This document shows positions 28,820-32,000 of a DNA stretch of 32,000 bases, one piece after another (the first letter of the stretch is position 1; every line of letters starts with the position of its first letter). The position numbers and the translations under genes were made by a program. The notes beneath the pieces are model-generated. The model did no database searches and was not told the origin of the DNA. It saw only the letters and a program-made list of their open reading frames with translations. Source of the stretch: an uncultured archaeon (lineage in GTDB: Archaea; Asgardarchaeota; Lokiarchaeia; Sigyniarchaeales; Promethearchaeaceae); the NCBI GenBank assembly GCA_964426185.1, contig CAYRPF010000014.1:1-32000 (forward strand), read 5' to 3'.

Positions 28820-30033
28820 CCTCCATATTCATCGCGCCATTCTTCAAAACGACGAATTTCTTTTTCAGAAACAACTGGTTTGACGAATTTCATAACATTG
28901 AGAAAATCTTCCTGCCGAATGGGTCTGACGTTTAAAGTATCGTCTCCTTCCGTTAATCTTCCAGATACATCCAATTCACGCACCGGAAGCATAACTACTT
29001 CTCGGCATATTGTTGCGATATCTGAACCGGAATATCCTTCACTAGCTTCGGCTAAGGTTCTAAAATCTACCGATTCATCTTTTTCAACACCTTTGGTGCA
29101 GAGTTCGAAGATTTTTTCTCTACCTTCGAGAGAGGGTAATCCCACGTAAATTTTCTTTTCAAATCGGCGAAGCACTGCGCTGTCGATTTGCCATGGAAGA
29201 TTGGTGGCTGCCATTACCGTGACCAATTTATCTCCATTGCTTTTAATTCCTTGCATTTCTTGTAGAAATTGCGTTTTTAATCGGCGTTCTCCACCGCCTT
29301 CATTTCCAGTTCCACGTTTTCCCGCGATACTATCAATTTCATCCATGAAGATCAAGGAAGGAGCGTCTAAACGGGCAACTTTAAATAGGGTCTTAAGCAA
29401 TTTTTCAGATTCCCCTAACCATTTACTAACCAGACTGGCTGAATCTGCTGCAAAAAATTGTACTCCGCATTCATTTGCTGCTGCTTTTGCCAATAACGTC
29501 TTTCCACAACCAGGTGGTCCAAATAATAGTATTCCCCTCCATGGTTTTCGCGCACCTTTAAATAATTCTGGATGAGCCATGGGTAAAACTACCGCTTCTC
29601 GAATTGCTTGCTTTGGAAGTTCCATTCCAGCAACATCATCCCATGTTTCTTTTGGACGTTCCGTAATAATTGTTCCTTCAATTGTTTTACGTAGTTCTTT
29701 TTCTTCGTCAGATATTTCTTCTTCTTCTTCATCTTCTTGATGCTCCGTTTTTGTTCTTCTTTTTGAACTTGGTCCTTTTGCACCAGATGGTACTTTAACC
29801 TTCTTTTCTTTCATGTTTGTGAGAAGTTCCGCTCGTTTAAAGTATTGCTTTGCTTTATCTATTGCAAGTGCTTTTAATTTGGAATTTTTACAAAATTTTG
29901 CAAAGTCATAAAGAGTCTCAGATGCAGATAGATATTTATCCGCTGCAGCATCATATTGCTTATTTTTATCCAATTCGATTGCTTCGTTTGCCATTTTGAT
30001 TGCTGCATTAAATATGGTATTGTCGTTAGTCAT
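28816..30033 (-). CDS. vps4: Vps4 AAA+ ATPase (MIT + AAA)
   Basis: MIT domain (AI...A.EAIELD....Y..A...Y), [46 protein letters not shown] and a terminal FEEW...YG helix. Start likely ATG 30033 (GTGAG upstream); alternative 30096. Confidence 0.93.
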
Positions 30034-30200
30034 AATTCTCACTTTTTTCGTTGTCGGAGCTGGCTGATCTAAAGAAGTATTTTCGTTCCTATACATATAG
30101 TAATTTGATTGGCTTAAAAATTATTTTTACCACCAATTGCTATCAGCTGTATAAGAAATAATTTATCGTAACTTAAAAGGAAAGAAAAAATTTTTTCGCT

Positions 30201-31007
30201 TTATGGTTTTAAATTCGATTCAATTTCATGAATAATAGCAGGCCACATCAATAACCATAGACAAATTGCCAACAAGTAATTCCATTCTAATATAGCAGAC
30301 ACATCTTTTTGAAAGATCAATTTATTAATTAGAAAAGATCCTAAACACAACGCTCCCGAAACGCGGAAATATAATTTAAATAGGCGCACCAGATTAAATG
30401 TCTTAATTTTTAAAGAGAATTTATACCGAATCTGTGAGTTTACTCCGATTATGATTTCAAAACTGAGATTTGCAGCACGATAATATCCCAAAAATGCAAT
30501 TAACGCCATAATATAGTGGATTGTGCCCAAATCTAAAGGAAAAATACCAACAGTACTGAATCCGATTGCAGCAAAAATACCAATCCGTTTAAATTGCCTG
30601 GCTTTAACTGAATTGAACTTTTGGAATTTGGCGGCTAAATATAGCAGATAAGGAATGTGTGCCAGCCCGTTGATTATTACACCAATACGCCAGAATATGC
30701 TGCCTAATGGGTTTAATTGGGGACTTCCTTGATCGCTAATTGTATTCGAAAGAAAAGAAAATGGTACTGGATATAAAATTTGAGCCACGATGGAGACAAC
30801 AACCAAAGCACTAAAGACCAGCCATATATATGTCTGTACTCGGAAAAAATTAGTGCGTGGCAGTAAATCAAATTTATGTTCAACTTTTTTGAGTAACTTT
30901 ATGGGAAATGGCAACGGATTTAATTGACTCGTCTGACTTTCTGAATTATTTTTCAAAGACTTTTGTCTTAACATTTTTTTATCTCTTAGAATATGTAGAT
31001 CTAACAA
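30201..31007 (-). CDS. DUF998-like membrane protein
   Basis: NTISDQGS..LNP.GS and VGIFPLD...H motifs; about 6 TMs; start uncertain. Confidence 0.7.
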   Translation of the reverse strand: MLDLHILRDKKMLRQKSLKNNSESQTSQLNPLPFPIKLLKKVEHKFDLLPRTNFFRVQTYIWLVFSALVVVSIVAQILYPVPFSFLSNTISDQGSPQLNPLGSIFWRIGVIINGLAHIPYLLYLAAKFQKFNSVKARQFKRIGIFAAIGFSTVGIFPLDLGTIHYIMALIAFLGYYRAANLSFEIIIGVNSQIRYKFSLKIKTFNLVRLFKLYFRVSGALCLGSFLINKLIFQKDVSAILEWNYLLAICLWLLMWPAIIHEIESNLKP

Positions 31008-31084
31008 TCTTGTTATATCTACATAATATAAGCTTACCTATTTAAGTTTATTTATTAGAAAGTGTCAGATTGTGTTAGAATGCA

Positions 31085-31318
31085 TTAAGTGTTGGAAAGC
31101 GAAATTTTCGAAGTGATGACTTCTAACTGATCTTCTGGAACTTGTTCGAGCAATTTTAAAAACACTGGCCAATCATCCGGATAAAAATCTGTGAGCATTA
31201 TTCTGATGAAGCCCCAACGTATTAATGTGAAAATTTGAGAGTTGGGGACACTTAACCATGAATTATGCAGTGCTGCGCCTCCCATTTCTAAAAAACATTT
31301 GATATCATCTAGATTCAT
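31085..31318 (-). CDS. Short hypothetical ORF, possibly a gene fragment
   Basis: 77 aa; the frame continues upstream through a single TAA at 31355-31357. Confidence 0.35.
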   Translation of the reverse strand: MNLDDIKCFLEMGGAALHNSWLSVPNSQIFTLIRWGFIRIMLTDFYPDDWPVFLKLLEQVPEDQLEVITSKISLSNT

Positions 31319-31528
31319 TTCTTTTATAGATTCCCATCCCCAGCTAAAGAACCGTTAGGAGAGATCCGGTGAAATTAATAGTTTTGCATGATTTGTGGAA
31401 GCTGAAACTTTTCCAGATGACTACTTGATCTCGCCAATATGTATTTTAAGATCGATTTTTTTTTTGGTTATATATCTTGATCTTATTCATATTTTCAAGT
31501 ATTTTTGTTTTTCTTTTTATTGAAAAAA

Positions 31529-31669
31529 TTACGACGGTTTATGTCGTTTTTTATCCTCCGGGGGATGTTTAGAAAAACTTCTTTCATCGATATATTCCAC
31601 GAACTTCTCTCGGCTGGAAAATTGCAAGAAAGGGTTAACCAGGTTTTGCTCTTCTGATTTATAGTCTAG
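31529..31669 (-). pseudogene. Start-less relic resembling part of an MBL-fold hydrolase/rhodanese protein
   Basis: 46 stop-free codons: LDYKSEEQNLVNPFLQFSSREKFVEYIDERSFSKHPPE... Confidence 0.35.
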
Positions 31670-32000
31670 TTACAATCTATCCCATGCTCGATGAACTGCT
31701 TTTCCCGTCATCTCTATTACCGGTTTCATTGCATCTGCTGGAACTAAACCGATTACTGATGCAATTTTCATAATTGAGATATGAGAAACAAACACTTCAC
31801 CTTTGTTTTCATGCACAGTAAAGCTGCAAGGAAACAGCATACCCACATTTTTTGAGACATCCAAGGCTGCTTTAGCAAATTTTGCTCCACAAGCCAGAAT
31901 TGTGGTGTATTTTGGATATTCTACATTTAGTTTTTTGCGAAAAATTTCATTTATTGCTTTTACGAGCATTACAGAAAATCCTTCTTCGGCTACGATTTTT
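31670..32000 (-). CDS. DUF302 family protein (5'-truncated by the window end)
   Basis: The frame is open to the window edge (..EEGFSVML..); Y.TILAC...A..AL.....GMLFPC.FTV matches the DUF302 pattern. Confidence 0.8.
   Translation of the reverse strand, partial: KIVAEEGFSVMLVKAINEIFRKKLNVEYPKYTTILACGAKFAKAALDVSKNVGMLFPCSFTVHENKGEVFVSHISIMKIASVIGLVPADAMKPVIEMTGKAVHRAWDRL

Noticed and set aside
28486-29783. Several ORFs overlapping vps25/vps4 (96-129 aa antisense, 64 aa alternate frame)
   Set aside because: Shadow ORFs of well-conserved genes with no motifs. The same applies to the other short nested ORFs in the track.
31523-31552. ACGAC/GTCGT hairpin with flanking A/T runs as a terminator or SECIS
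   Set aside because: The stem is only 5 bp, and no in-frame UGA selenoprotein candidate was seen nearby.

Overview
AT-rich archaeal DNA, most likely from an Asgard archaeon (Lokiarchaeia/Promethearchaeota). The assignment rests on an IPGY-TM-basic C-terminal sorting signal, an ESCRT locus (Vps4, Vps25-like, Vps22/36-like) and archaeal-type pheS/pheT and coaD. In order, the window holds: a 5'-truncated, acidic, repeat-built surface protein; a minus-strand block (acylphosphatase, HEAT-repeat protein, DUF1512-like); coaD-pheS-pheT; a bacterial-type RNase PH; a second, paralogous HEAT protein; a CTP-dependent polyprenol-kinase-like membrane protein; a tightly coupled ABC-2 operon (2 ATPases, 2 permeases) ending in a 1777-aa membrane-anchored subtilisin homolog and a small 2-TM protein; a Zn-ribbon coiled-coil protein; a DsbD_2/NiCoT-like transporter; the ESCRT genes (no ESCRT-III adjacent); and DUF998- and DUF302-like genes with probable gene relics. 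The best candidate for a new system is the subtilisin homolog. It resembles eukaryotic Site-1 protease (S8 + GIFT domain + TM), has lost its catalytic His and Ser and its oxyanion Asn, and sits 2 nt downstream of a heteromeric ABC exporter. All family calls come from motif recognition by eye; no searches were run.
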